Sequence record: NC_005066.1
DNA from: Escherichia phage RB49
DNA: 64,000 nt
Direction: 5' to 3' (one strand)
In this document: positions 1-9,472 of the stretch, in pieces
Position numbering within the stretch: position 1 is the first letter of the stretch
How the letters are laid out: each line of letters begins with the position of its first letter
Notes under the pieces: model-generated
Told to the model about the DNA's origin: nothing
What the model saw: the letters and a program-made list of their open reading frames with translations, nothing else
Databases searched by the model: none
Program-made: the position numbers and the translations under genes

Positions 1-76
1 CATCATACCATTTAAAAAATTGGTTTGCATCTTTTACATCTTTCCACGCATAGGTCTTACCAGCTTCCAATTTCAT
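1..76 (-). CDS. hypothetical protein, 5' portion only (runs off window start)
   Basis: ATG (rc) at 74-76; N-terminus MKLEAGKTYAWKDV resembles MEWEVGKTYKIECE of the adjacent 81..617 ORF. Confidence 0.3.
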   Translation of the reverse strand, partial: MKLEAGKTYAWKDVKDANQFFKWYD

Positions 77-80
77 AATA

Positions 81-617
81 TCATCTCTCATTTTTGATAC
101 GTGATTCTAATTGGATCATACGGTCTCGCGTTTGTTTGTATTCTCGGATAGCACCGATCCGGCTAGGCATACCATCCAGTACGCTCTTAATACCTTCTAG
201 GGTAGTAATTTTGGCAATGCTATTATGCAACCCCATCTTATCGATCAACTGAATGTCGTAGGCTTCCATAAGCAGACCCAGGCGTTCTAAAGTTAGGTCT
301 TCTTCTTTTTCTTCTGAATCTGGAATCTTAGGTTCAATAGTAACTTCGGTAAAGAAACGACGCTCACCCGACCAAAACCACACACCGGAACAGCCAATAG
401 GGGATTCTTTTAACGTCATAGAGTCGAAATTACTACCAATAATAGTAATTTCTCTAACATCACCATCATCGTCAAGGTCTTCTACCCTAAACGGGCGACC
501 AGCCAACAAGTCAACAATACATCTGTTAATAGACGACGAAAATTTAGTCAGTTCGGCTTTCGACGCTTCGCATTCAATCTTGTAAGTTTTACCAACTTCC
601 CATTCCATAATAATCAC
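81..617 (-). CDS. hypothetical protein (178 aa)
   Basis: Track ORF, co-oriented with and abutting nrdG; no recognised motif. Confidence 0.55.
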   Translation of the reverse strand: MIIMEWEVGKTYKIECEASKAELTKFSSSINRCIVDLLAGRPFRVEDLDDDGDVREITIIGSNFDSMTLKESPIGCSGVWFWSGERRFFTEVTIEPKIPDSEEKEEDLTLERLGLLMEAYDIQLIDKMGLHNSIAKITTLEGIKSVLDGMPSRIGAIREYKQTRDRMIQLESRIKNER

Positions 618-618
618 C

Positions 619-1128
619 TCAAATAATTTTCACTGGAATACTATTAACAATCTTGTATTGTACTTGATTGTCAGACCCCCGCCACGGCTTCTTCGTTGGC
701 ATATCTTTAATATAACGCCCATCGATGAACATGTCAACTGATTCTACAATTTTTCTTTGCTCATCATTCAATTGGTCAAGGGTATAACCGGACCATAGCC
801 AAATATCTTTATTTGGCATCCATGATTTTACTTCATCGATGATCCGCTGTACACCCTTTAAATTGCGTTTATACAGTGGATCGCCACCTAAGAATGTTAG
901 CCCCTGAATAAAATCAGGTCTAAGCAGATCCAGAATCAATCCCATTGTATCATCGGTGAATGGTTCCCCGTTCTTAGGATTGAGTAGACTGGAATTAAAG
1001 CAACCATCACATGCGTGTGAACATCCGGTAACGTAAAGGGAGACTCTCACTCCCTCACCGTTAACCATATCACAATCTTTAATATCGGCATAGCGTAGTT
1101 TGCCGTATGTATCAGAACTCATATTCAA
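619..1128 (-). CDS. nrdG: anaerobic ribonucleotide reductase activating protein (radical SAM)
   Basis: 169 aa; Cys-rich radical-SAM-like N-terminus (CSHACDGC); adjacent to nrdD as in T4. Confidence 0.88.
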   Translation of the reverse strand: MNMSSDTYGKLRYADIKDCDMVNGEGVRVSLYVTGCSHACDGCFNSSLLNPKNGEPFTDDTMGLILDLLRPDFIQGLTFLGGDPLYKRNLKGVQRIIDEVKSWMPNKDIWLWSGYTLDQLNDEQRKIVESVDMFIDGRYIKDMPTKKPWRGSDNQVQYKIVNSIPVKII

Positions 1129-1264
1129 TTACCCCGAACTCGTTTACAATCTGCGCTTTATAGTAACCACCGCGAGATGCTAATATATAAGCTGGGCTTA
1201 GGTATTCGTATTCACGGATTTCTACTTGTGCGTTTTCAGTTTCCCAAATCAGTAAAGTCCACAT
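1112..1264 (-). CDS. small hypothetical protein (50 aa)
   Basis: Internal ATG of track ORF 1112..1339, chosen because the promoter cassette at 1265-1337 and an AGGAG RBS lie immediately upstream. Confidence 0.4.
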   Translation of the reverse strand: MWTLLIWETENAQVEIREYEYLSPAYILASRGGYYKAQIVNEFGVIEYEF

Positions 1265-1337
1265 ATTTGATTCTCCTGTAAAGTTGTATCTCGTCTTGAT
1301 GAATATAGTATAGGGGATCTCGCGATCCCCGTCAAGC
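1265..1337 (-). promoter_or_regulatory. early promoter cassette (sigma70-like -35 TTGACG / -10 TATACT, palindromic spacer, conserved leader + RBS)
   Basis: rc reads TTGACG-17-TATACT; palindrome GGGGATC..GATCCCC in spacer; GGAGAATCAAA before ATG. Confidence 0.5.
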
Positions 1338-1339
1338 AT

Positions 1340-1888
1340 TTATTTTAAATTTTTTCGAATGTATTCAGACCATTCCTTCCCTGTCAGTTCGGTCCCATTC
1401 TGGAAACTGAAATATTCATACGGCATCGAGTCAAGATAAAACAGGATCATACATCGCGCCATATAATACCAATCACGATTAAAGTAAACTACGTTATCGC
1501 CAGTACCATCAGCACCTTTATCATAACCATCGCGGGTACGGGCGACCCATTGAATGGTATCATTTTTCTCACGGATAGTAACAGGTTCCCAATATCCAGC
1601 ACATCCAGCATGACCACACGAACAAGTAAGGAAATATTGACCTTTTGCTTTGTTGTCATCCCATTCACGATGAATTGGTTTGATTTCGTGAAACAGTGCC
1701 AAACAATCATGATTATGCAACACTGGCTTACCATCAATCAATGCATGGAATGTATACAAACGACCCGTAGACAAATAGTTATCTTCTCGCTCTACAAGTT
1801 CAATAGCAATCTTTTTAGCTCGTTCTTTGTGTCGTTGTGCTTTACGCTTACGGTTTAATGATTTCATATTCACCTCACACATTATCAA
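1340..1888 (-). CDS. hypothetical protein, Cys/His-rich (182 aa)
   Basis: Track ORF; CxC...C..C..H cluster (TCSCGHAGCAGYW) suggests metal binding. Confidence 0.5.
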   Translation of the reverse strand: MIMCEVNMKSLNRKRKAQRHKERAKKIAIELVEREDNYLSTGRLYTFHALIDGKPVLHNHDCLALFHEIKPIHREWDDNKAKGQYFLTCSCGHAGCAGYWEPVTIREKNDTIQWVARTRDGYDKGADGTGDNVVYFNRDWYYMARCMILFYLDSMPYEYFSFQNGTELTGKEWSEYIRKNLK

Positions 1889-2424
1889 AGGTCGCGATAT
1901 AGTACATTATGAAAATGAGAACTTGCATTACCAATATTGTAGATAATAAATTCTTCATCCGGCGCTTGCGCTACAAATTGAGTATGAGCAACCGCCACAA
2001 CCTTAAAAATACGATCCGTGATCTTGTGTTTAATTTCTGCCCCTACTTCCATAGGAACATATTCATGTGTTTCTGTTTCAGTCGCAAAACAGCCATCTTC
2101 TTCATAAGCACGAACAAATCGATCGCAATCAGTACGCTTAACAAATTCAAGAGTATACAATTCTCGTGAATTGTCGGTATAAACCAACACAGAATTATTA
2201 TGATAGCGAATCACATACAGGTTATTATCATCGTCAATTACGCAAAAGCTACGGATTCCTTCGCCTTTACTCCAGCAGATATTAACCACCGTTCCTCTAA
2301 TAAAAAAACTTTCCTTTAAATTAAAACTAGTCAATGTGCTAGCGTGCATTTTAACAACAACACCATCGCCAATTTCCAGTTTACGAAGTTTAACTTCTTT
2401 GCTCAGTACACAAAACATCATCAT
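1885..2424 (-). CDS. hypothetical protein (179 aa)
   Basis: Track ORF; ATG rc at 2422-2424 preceded by GAGG RBS and promoter cassette. Confidence 0.55.
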   Translation of the reverse strand: MMMFCVLSKEVKLRKLEIGDGVVVKMHASTLTSFNLKESFFIRGTVVNICWSKGEGIRSFCVIDDDNNLYVIRYHNNSVLVYTDNSRELYTLEFVKRTDCDRFVRAYEEDGCFATETETHEYVPMEVGAEIKHKITDRIFKVVAVAHTQFVAQAPDEEFIIYNIGNASSHFHNVLYRDL

Positions 2425-2482
2425 GTTGTCCTCTCGTTGTTTTCGATGTGAGCATTATACATTAGCTAATCATGTTGTCAAC
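2425..2482 (-). promoter_or_regulatory. early promoter cassette (TTGACA-17-TATAAT)
   Basis: rc of 2454-2482 gives TTGACA, 17 nt spacer, TATAAT. Confidence 0.55.
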
Positions 2483-2485
2483 ACC

Positions 2486-2520
2486 CCAAAACGAAAAAGC
2501 CGACCCTTTCGGATCGGCTG
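2486..2520 (-). terminator. rho-independent terminator downstream of nrdD
   Basis: Hairpin agccgaccctttcggatcggct; on the minus strand it is followed by a T-run (plus-strand A-run 2486-2497). Confidence 0.55.
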
Positions 2521-2524
2521 AAAA

Positions 2525-4387
2525 TTACATGTGCTTAACGCGGTTTACCATCTCGGAGTGTTTCCCGTGGTTGAATGGACGCAGATCAACAGATCCAAGA
2601 TATCCACTAACGCGACGGATAACATTCATCTTTTCCAGATTGTCATTGCCGCAATCAGGACAAACAAAACCAGACTCGGTCGCTCTCATTTCCTTAGTAG
2701 ATCCGCATACATGACATACATCAGAAGGAGTATTAACACCGAAGTAGTGCAATTTATCCATTGCATAGTCTACTACAGTTTCAAGACCTTTCAGGTTGTT
2801 TTTCATGTCTGGGAACTCAACATAAGAGATCATGCCACCGGACGCCAGCCAGTGATAATCTTTCTCAAAGTCGATTTTCTCAAATGGAGTGACTTTCCGG
2901 TCTACGTCAAGGTGGAATGAGTTGGTGTACCAGTCTTTATCGGTAGCACCCTTAACAATACCAAATTGCTCTCGGTCCAGTCGATTAAATCGATAGCAAA
3001 GGCTCTCGGCTGGCGTACCGTAAAGACTAAACCCAAGTCCGGTTTCATCCTTCCATTTTTCAGTATAATGACGCAAGATCTTAAGAATATGTTTACCGTA
3101 TCGCTGCGCATCTTCCGAATCAAACGGATGAACACCAAACAGGACGCTCAATACCTCATGTAAACCAATATATCCAAGAGAGATACTAGCGCGACCATCT
3201 TTCAGAACTTCCAAAATTTCATCGTTTTGATGAATACGGAAAAATGCACCTTCTGTATACAGTACAGGAGCAACATTGGCTTTAGCCCCTTTTAAAGCGT
3301 CTACGCGACTCATGAGCGCATCAAAGCAAATAGGCATACGATTAGCTAGCTCTTGTTCGAATAGCTCAATTCTGCGCATTACAGACGCTTTACCAGCACG
3401 ACGCGCGGCAATAAGGGCAATACGCGGAAGATTTAGAGTCACAACACCTAAGTTATTACGTCCGTCTAATACTTCTTCGCCTTTCTCATTATGCCACACA
3501 CCCAGGAAGCTACGACAACCCATCGGGCTAACCGGAACACTAGATCCGGTGATACTACGGTTATTCTTCGCAGAGATATAATCAGGGTAAAGACGCTTAC
3601 TAGAACATTCCAATGCAAGTTGCTTAATGTCGTAGTTCGGATCTTCTGGTTTAAGGTTTAATCCTTCTTCTAAGAACATCACCAGCTTAGGAAACACCGG
3701 AGTTATACCATCTTTACCTAAACCTTTAGTTCGAACTTTCAGGATCGCTTTCTGAATCAGTTTTTCTTCCCAGCTAGTACCCATACCAAAGGTTAAAGTC
3801 ACAAAAGGCGTTTGACCGTTGGTGGAGAACAAAGTGTTGATCTCATATTCCAACGCCTGATATCCGTCTAACGTTTCTTTTTCTGTCTTCTCTTGTGCAT
3901 AGAGAGTATCAGCTTTGATTCCGTAGGTTTCGGCATCAGCAAGGTGTTTATGATATGTTTTCTTAACATACGGTGCTAACACCTGATCGATGTTTGCAAT
4001 TGTGGTCCCGCCATATTGATGACTTGCCACCTGTGCGATAATTTGAGCGGTTACAGCACATGCAACACCGATCGATTTAGGACTTTCGATTTGTGCGCTA
4101 CCCAATTTAAAACCATTCTCTAACATGTCTTTGAGATTAACAAGACAGCAGTTAGTAAACGGCATAGCGGGTGCATAATCCATATCATGATAATGAATAT
4201 CACCATCTACATGCGCTTTATAGATGTGCTCAGGTAACACGGTTTTAGCAATCTGTTTAGACACAGCGCCAGCAATCAGATCTCGACGTGTCGGGAATGT
4301 TCGCGCGTCTTTGTTCGCGTTCTCTTTACTTACTTCGTTTTCTTTACCCGTTGCGATCTCTGTAATGTCTTTGATTAGTTTTTCCAT
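2525..4387 (-). CDS. nrdD: anaerobic ribonucleoside-triphosphate reductase (glycyl radical enzyme)
   Basis: 620 aa; C-terminal Cys cluster CHVCGS..CPDCG and glycyl-radical motif RVSGYLG; continuous ORF, no intron. Confidence 0.95.
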   Translation of the reverse strand: MEKLIKDITEIATGKENEVSKENANKDARTFPTRRDLIAGAVSKQIAKTVLPEHIYKAHVDGDIHYHDMDYAPAMPFTNCCLVNLKDMLENGFKLGSAQIESPKSIGVACAVTAQIIAQVASHQYGGTTIANIDQVLAPYVKKTYHKHLADAETYGIKADTLYAQEKTEKETLDGYQALEYEINTLFSTNGQTPFVTLTFGMGTSWEEKLIQKAILKVRTKGLGKDGITPVFPKLVMFLEEGLNLKPEDPNYDIKQLALECSSKRLYPDYISAKNNRSITGSSVPVSPMGCRSFLGVWHNEKGEEVLDGRNNLGVVTLNLPRIALIAARRAGKASVMRRIELFEQELANRMPICFDALMSRVDALKGAKANVAPVLYTEGAFFRIHQNDEILEVLKDGRASISLGYIGLHEVLSVLFGVHPFDSEDAQRYGKHILKILRHYTEKWKDETGLGFSLYGTPAESLCYRFNRLDREQFGIVKGATDKDWYTNSFHLDVDRKVTPFEKIDFEKDYHWLASGGMISYVEFPDMKNNLKGLETVVDYAMDKLHYFGVNTPSDVCHVCGSTKEMRATESGFVCPDCGNDNLEKMNVIRRVSGYLGSVDLRPFNHGKHSEMVNRVKHM

Positions 4388-4432
4388 TGTATCACCTATG
4401 AAAAAGCGGGATTTTCTCCCGCTCGTTGATAG

Positions 4433-4927
4433 TTATTTTACCAGTTCTGCTAATTCTTTTTCTTTAGCTTCTAGTTCAGCTTTAAGCTGTTTAATCTCTT
4501 GTCGCTTCTTATTAGCGGCTTCTTGCTTACTATTTCGGATAACCTGATCTAGATACAACTCCCAATCCTGAATATTTTTGATAATGTAACCGTCAACATT
4601 AATTGGTCGGAGATTCAGTACAGCTTCCAGTTTAGTTGCAAAAACTTTAATTGCTGGGGTGAAGTATTCATATTCGTTATCTTCAAACCAATAACCTAGA
4701 CTTGCATTATCAATACGAAGACGAAGTTCAAGATCAAGGTCTTTATCTTCGGTGTATAGGTCTTTTACACACCCCATAGAATTAACAACAACTTTAAAAC
4801 GAATTTTATCTACACCACCAAACACATCAGTAAGGATACCAGCAATTGAGCTATTAGCGCAAGATTGGTCGCTGAATGCGTCAAGGTTTTCTTTAGTTAC
4901 AGTATACCAAACATCTTGTACCCACAT
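4433..4927 (-). CDS. hypothetical protein with C-terminal coiled coil (164 aa)
   Basis: Track ORF; GAGGATTATATT-ATG start context; K/E-rich heptad-like C-terminus. Confidence 0.55.
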   Translation of the reverse strand: MWVQDVWYTVTKENLDAFSDQSCANSSIAGILTDVFGGVDKIRFKVVVNSMGCVKDLYTEDKDLDLELRLRIDNASLGYWFEDNEYEYFTPAIKVFATKLEAVLNLRPINVDGYIIKNIQDWELYLDQVIRNSKQEAANKKRQEIKQLKAELEAKEKELAELVK

Positions 4928-4985
4928 AATATAATCCTCTCGTTGTTAAGTGGGAGTATTATAGCATACTCCCTTTGCATGTCAA
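4928..4985 (-). promoter_or_regulatory. early promoter cassette with stem-loop over the -10
   Basis: rc: TTGACA-16-TATAAT; palindrome GGGAGTAT..ATACTCCC spans the -10. Confidence 0.55.
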
Positions 4986-6160
4986 GCACTAACTTTTTTC
5001 TTTACTGCTTTCACCTTCTGGCGAATTGCTCGAATCTCTTCGATCTCTTTTTCAGTCTCTTTAACAATTTCTTTGCGATTCTGAATATCTGTATCGAGAT
5101 TATCATCAAGTTTAGGCAGCATGTCAATCAAGAACTTTTTAAAGTCTTTCAGGTTTCGGATAACAGCACCTTCACCCATTACCGCCACACCAACACCATC
5201 CGGCAGATCACCAAACAGTTTAACCAGTTCAGACAGATGATCATGGTCTTCTAATGCTTCCTCCGGTTCAGATGGCAGTTCAACAAAGTTATAACGTTCA
5301 TCATTGCTGATCAAGTGATACCAGCAAAGCCCGAAAGATTTCGGTGTATATTCTACACCATCAATTTCAACCGCGTCAACACTTCCATAATCATCTACTT
5401 TAGTTACCTTAAATCCTTGTCCCAGCTTTTGAACAATTTCAACAACATGACTTGATACAGTTTCAGCGGTAAACCAATATGGCAAATTATGCTGATTTGG
5501 CTTGTAGCGTTCACCTACTTTAAATCTCTGACCATCCGCTTGCATAGCATGAAATTGTTGTTTCGTGATTTCCGCGAAGTATTCAAATTCGCCACCATCA
5601 AACACACAAGCCCATTGATCACAAAAACGATCTGCCTTAACAGTTTCACCTTTCGCGGTGATCATGGTAGCCGATCCGTGCAATTCTTCTTCAACCAAAA
5701 AGCCATATTCGACAAAATCAACAAGTTTCATGGCTTCTTTGTGCTCTGGGTCATGCTCTCCCCAGAATCGCTTAAATTCTTGCAAACCTTCTGGTGTAAA
5801 CGAATAACATTTACCTTTTTCAAAGTAAGTCGGCATTACATCCTCTTTCTTGTTCATCGCTTCGTATGCCTCTTTTGAGATGCGTTTAAAGTATTTACGC
5901 TCATCGTGCATAATCATAGTAGCCCAATAATAAACGATATCCTCAGCGGAATAAACTACATCTCCAGCTTCAATAGTAATAACATGACCGTGGTCATCTT
6001 TTTCTAATACTTTAAAGCCCTTTTCGACGATTTCAGCAACCCGAATATGACCACGGCGCGAAGCATCGGTCAGAATAATTGAATAGCGAGAAAAGTCTAG
6101 AAACTCATCTTTACCACCTTCACGGAATGCATAGTAATGACCTTCAAAGAATTTAGCCAT
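4982..6160 (-). CDS. hypothetical protein, two-module member of tandem paralog family A (392 aa)
   Basis: Contains GFKVL...ERKYFKRI motif twice; same motif in the next two ORFs. Confidence 0.6.
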   Translation of the reverse strand: MAKFFEGHYYAFREGGKDEFLDFSRYSIILTDASRRGHIRVAEIVEKGFKVLEKDDHGHVITIEAGDVVYSAEDIVYYWATMIMHDERKYFKRISKEAYEAMNKKEDVMPTYFEKGKCYSFTPEGLQEFKRFWGEHDPEHKEAMKLVDFVEYGFLVEEELHGSATMITAKGETVKADRFCDQWACVFDGGEFEYFAEITKQQFHAMQADGQRFKVGERYKPNQHNLPYWFTAETVSSHVVEIVQKLGQGFKVTKVDDYGSVDAVEIDGVEYTPKSFGLCWYHLISNDERYNFVELPSEPEEALEDHDHLSELVKLFGDLPDGVGVAVMGEGAVIRNLKDFKKFLIDMLPKLDDNLDTDIQNRKEIVKETEKEIEEIRAIRQKVKAVKKKVSA

Positions 6161-6220
6161 AATATAATCCTCTCGTTGTTTAAATGGGAGTATCTTACTA
6201 CTCCCGTTTCATCATGTCAA
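6161..6220 (-). promoter_or_regulatory. early promoter cassette with stem-loop
   Basis: rc: TTGACA-17-TAAGAT; palindrome GGGAGTA..TACTCCC. Confidence 0.5.
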
Positions 6221-6783
6221 GCGTTAAATGACTTTTGGATCTCTTTCAGTTCAGCTACTTTATCGGCGCTGAATTTAGCGTAGGTATCATGTCGAATAAT
6301 TTCACTTTCAAGAAAGGTTTCCAGCCGAGATCTATTTTCAATAAGGAACTCTTTCAGGTCTTCCGCGTTCTTGATAAAGATTTTATTGTCAGTAATGTCA
6401 TCTTCAATCGCAAAGGAGATAGAGCGAACTTTACCAAACAAGTTAATCAGATCTTCCAGAGATTCTTCTTTCTTAACTGGTTTCATTTCTTCAAACTGCT
6501 TTTTAGTGATGCGTTTAAAGTATTTGCGCTCGCTTACATCAATCATGATTGACGCACCCTCATAATCATGAGTTTCGACCAAATACACTTTACCCATAAC
6601 ATTAACAGTTAGAACTTTAAAGCCCTTGTGAAGCACACCATACAGGAACTTGTTATGTTGTGGATAGCGTTTAACAAATTCCTCTGCGGACTCAGCATTA
6701 CGGAAAGTGTAATAACGACCTCGTTCAAAAACAGCATCAGTTGAAGACTTAGCCGGATACAATTTATACGTTTTCTGTACCAT
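6217..6783 (-). CDS. hypothetical protein, paralog family A (about 188 aa)
   Basis: GFKVL...ERKYFKRITKKQFEEM motif; start moved to ATG at 6781-6783 with GAGGATTATATT RBS context. Confidence 0.55.
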   Translation of the reverse strand: MVQKTYKLYPAKSSTDAVFERGRYYTFRNAESAEEFVKRYPQHNKFLYGVLHKGFKVLTVNVMGKVYLVETHDYEGASIMIDVSERKYFKRITKKQFEEMKPVKKEESLEDLINLFGKVRSISFAIEDDITDNKIFIKNAEDLKEFLIENRSRLETFLESEIIRHDTYAKFSADKVAELKEIQKSFNA

Positions 6784-6797
6784 AATATAATCCTCTA

Positions 6798-7070
6798 TCA
6801 TTTCACTAATTGAACAGCACGAAACAGAATGCGGTCACACGGAAGAAGCATAAATTCCCAACGCGGATCAAAGTCTTTAGCGGTATATGTTTTCCCATCA
6901 ACCGAGATTTCACTTACATAACCAATAGGTGACAATTTAAGAACAGTAAACCCATTCTTGATGACTTCGTAGGTATCTTTCAAACCTTCGTAGTCATCCT
7001 CTAAGAAGTCTTTACGTGCTTGCTCAGATTTAAAAACATAGGCCACACCGGATTTAAACATCTTACGCAT
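6798..7070 (-). CDS. hypothetical protein, short paralog family A member (90 aa)
   Basis: N-terminal module (YxF...GFTVL) shared with 4982..6160 and 6217..6783. Confidence 0.5.
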   Translation of the reverse strand: MRKMFKSGVAYVFKSEQARKDFLEDDYEGLKDTYEVIKNGFTVLKLSPIGYVSEISVDGKTYTAKDFDPRWEFMLLPCDRILFRAVQLVK

Positions 7071-7130
7071 TGTTGATTCTCCTTCTTGATTAGATGGGAG
7101 TATTTTACTACTCCCATTTCATGCTGTCAA
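7071..7130 (-). promoter_or_regulatory. early promoter cassette with stem-loop
   Basis: rc: TTGACA-17-TAAAAT; palindrome GGGAGTA..TACTCCC. Confidence 0.5.
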
Positions 7131-7133
7131 CTA

Positions 7134-7622
7134 CTATCTTAATCTTTGTATAAATTGTTTCTTATACTTCTTCGTGATCTCTTCTCTTGTATCCGCGTCA
7201 CAATAATCGAAACCTTCTGCGTCCATAATAGCAACCATCTCCGCGCGTGTCAAGCGTGAAAATCGTTTTACTTTATCAACAGCATATTGAGGATGTAAAT
7301 GATTGTTGGTGTAGTCTCCTTTGATGTAATTAACATAGTTTGTAGCCCAAACAACGAAATCAGCACCTAAAGCACCAACACCAAACCGTTTAAAGTCTCC
7401 GGTCAACGATCCTTCTAGGCGGTTGCAACACGAATGAAGCAATCCCCTTACACGGCCTTGCCCTTTCCCATCTAGATCGTGGTCGTGGTCAAGATGGTTT
7501 TTGCTCATATCCTCAAAAAGTGGCAATTGACAAAGGGGGCAAATGCCCCCCTGTTTTTCGAATAGTTCTTGTTTGTACTCTTTAGCACTCTTAGCAGTCA
7601 GTAACATAAATTCACCCTCCAA
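7134..7622 (-). CDS. 49: recombination endonuclease VII (Holliday junction resolvase)
   Basis: 162 aa; CPLCQ..HLDHDHDL..GRVRGLL..CN motif pattern of T4 gp49. Confidence 0.9.
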   Translation of the reverse strand: MEGEFMLLTAKSAKEYKQELFEKQGGICPLCQLPLFEDMSKNHLDHDHDLDGKGQGRVRGLLHSCCNRLEGSLTGDFKRFGVGALGADFVVWATNYVNYIKGDYTNNHLHPQYAVDKVKRFSRLTRAEMVAIMDAEGFDYCDADTREEITKKYKKQFIQRLR

Positions 7623-7631
7623 AGAAGGTAT

Positions 7632-7925
7632 TTAACCATTAATCTTGTTTTTGACTACAAAGGATCGGAACTCATCAAAACCACCGATATAATCACCATC
7701 ATAGAAAATCTGCGGCATGGTGGCAATAACTTCTACCCCTGCGCGATCCTGAATATCGGCAATGATAGAATCAATCTTTACCGGACGACCGTTTTCGTCC
7801 ACACCATCATTAACCGGAATGTAGATGTAAGGGATCTTACGCGCTTCACAAAGGCGCTTTGCATTCTGGCAATACTTACAGTTGTAACCTTCAAAACCAA
7901 AAATTTCTACCATGTTATACCTCAA
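7632..7925 (-). CDS. nrdC: glutaredoxin/thioredoxin (NrdC-like)
   Basis: 97 aa; CKYC redox motif; TMPQIFYDGDYIGGFDE glutaredoxin C-terminal signature. Confidence 0.85.
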   Translation of the reverse strand: MRYNMVEIFGFEGYNCKYCQNAKRLCEARKIPYIYIPVNDGVDENGRPVKIDSIIADIQDRAGVEVIATMPQIFYDGDYIGGFDEFRSFVVKNKING

Positions 7926-8734
7926 TCTACGTTAGTTACATAAACTTCTTGCGTATCAGAAGACTTACCACCTGAACGATCTAGGCAATAGGTCTTATTC
8001 AACAGGACGCAGTTTAAATCATTCCGCTTGATAAAGTCAAGAAGATGATCATTTACCTTTCCCTTATGATGCGTGACATTACTGATACCAAACTGAAAAC
8101 CACGCGCCATAATAGATTCTACCCACTGATAGAATTTAATCTCTTCCTCGTCACTCCAGAACTTATTATATTCCGCAGAAGTGACAAGGTACGGCGGGTC
8201 CAAATAAACGAAATCACCTGGCAAGATCTCGATCTCGTCATAACGACCAGACGTAAAACTGATTCGACCGTCTTTGTTTTCTTCCTTAAAATTCAGGACA
8301 CGCTCTACCGCGTTTTCGTTAAAAGTCCGGCGACCAAAATTAGCATTAAATTCGCCCTTCCTGTTATGGCGGTTAATGTTGCTAAAACTGTGCTGAATCA
8401 GAACAAACAGAGATAGCGGATCTGGATTCTCATTATACTTCTTACGGAATGCCATGTAAGCATCTTTATCATCACGAGACAAACCATTTTCGGTAATAAT
8501 ACGCTTGATCGTAGAAACCGGATCAGGACACTCGTCAATCGCTTTGTACGCGTCAATTAAGCGGTGATCATAGTCATTAGCCAGCACATCCCCTTCGACG
8601 TACAGAGACACGCTCAAGCCGCCACAGAAGGCATCAACAAAGCGGTTATAGTGCTTAGGGAAATACTTACTAACACCTGGCAATAACTTTTCCTTATTGC
8701 CAGTATAGGGAATTAAACCTAATGCTTTCTTCAT
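7922..8734 (-). CDS. dam: DNA adenine methyltransferase (Dam)
   Basis: 270 aa; motif I FCGGLSV and motif IV DPPY; recognisably similar to T4 Dam along its length. Confidence 0.9.
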   Translation of the reverse strand: MKKALGLIPYTGNKEKLLPGVSKYFPKHYNRFVDAFCGGLSVSLYVEGDVLANDYDHRLIDAYKAIDECPDPVSTIKRIITENGLSRDDKDAYMAFRKKYNENPDPLSLFVLIQHSFSNINRHNRKGEFNANFGRRTFNENAVERVLNFKEENKDGRISFTSGRYDEIEILPGDFVYLDPPYLVTSAEYNKFWSDEEEIKFYQWVESIMARGFQFGISNVTHHKGKVNDHLLDFIKRNDLNCVLLNKTYCLDRSGGKSSDTQEVYVTNVD

Positions 8735-9165
8735 TATCCCTTCCTCAAATAAGTTCGCTCAATCTCTACCAGTTCGAAAAATTCTTGCCAATCACACGGA
8801 AAATTGCAGTTTCCGAAATGATCCTCTTTGTAAAGTTCTTTACCGGATGGCAGCTTAATATCTGTTACGCTGTAGTATCCGCAACAATCGCAATCACCAT
8901 CTGTATATTCTGTTTTGGTAGGAATATCCATCATTGCCAGATACAAAGGTACATCGTCTTGCTCAAAGTTCATGTAACCTTCATGATCGAATGAAACAAA
9001 GTTATCATCGCCACCGAAAGGGATATAATGGTCATAATCGGTTACAGGTTGACCGTGTAATTCCCATTCTACAATTTTAACATTACCGCTAAACTTGATA
9101 CCCATAATTTCAACAAGAAAATGAGTATCGTCAATGTAAATCTTACTAGGGGTTGGATAAACCAT
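8734..9165 (-). CDS. hypothetical protein, Cys-rich (143 aa)
   Basis: Track ORF; DGDCDCCGY and CNFPCDW motifs. Confidence 0.5.
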   Translation of the reverse strand: MVYPTPSKIYIDDTHFLVEIMGIKFSGNVKIVEWELHGQPVTDYDHYIPFGGDDNFVSFDHEGYMNFEQDDVPLYLAMMDIPTKTEYTDGDCDCCGYYSVTDIKLPSGKELYKEDHFGNCNFPCDWQEFFELVEIERTYLRKG

Positions 9166-9175
9166 TATATAATCC

Positions 9176-9472
9176 TCATATCTCAGAGAATAGAATCTCT
9201 GTTAGCTTCACTGACTGCTCTCTGAATGTTAGCGTATACTCGAAAGGAAAGTCAACACCCAACTTCAAAAGAGAATAGCCTACAGCCTCTTTATGCTTAT
9301 CGGTTAGGGCAATCCTAACCAATTCCCGTTGAATCTCTTTAGGCGGTGAATGGATAGTAACACGGGTATCATGCAATGTCCAGTCACCATTACGAATCAA
9401 GATTAACGGTTTATCGTCATTGAAGATCACCGACCCCTTTCCGGTCGGTGAGTGTTTTATACTAATCATCAA
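9176..9472 (-). CDS. hypothetical protein (98 aa)
   Basis: Track ORF in the co-oriented early gene array. Confidence 0.45.
   Translation of the reverse strand: MMISIKHSPTGKGSVIFNDDKPLILIRNGDWTLHDTRVTIHSPPKEIQRELVRIALTDKHKEAVGYSLLKLGVDFPFEYTLTFREQSVKLTEILFSEI

Noticed and set aside
2525-4387. Group I intron or homing endonuclease in nrdD, as in T4
   Set aside because: nrdD is one uninterrupted 620-aa ORF and no GIY-YIG or HNH endonuclease ORF is nearby.
1489-4547. Opposite-strand or alternative-frame track ORFs overlapping nrdD and its neighbours (for example 1550-1858 +, 2531-2920 +, 3276-3581 +, 4224-4547 +)
   Set aside because: They lie antisense to or inside long genes with clear protein signatures, have no RBS or promoter, and show low-complexity translations; treated as shadow ORFs.
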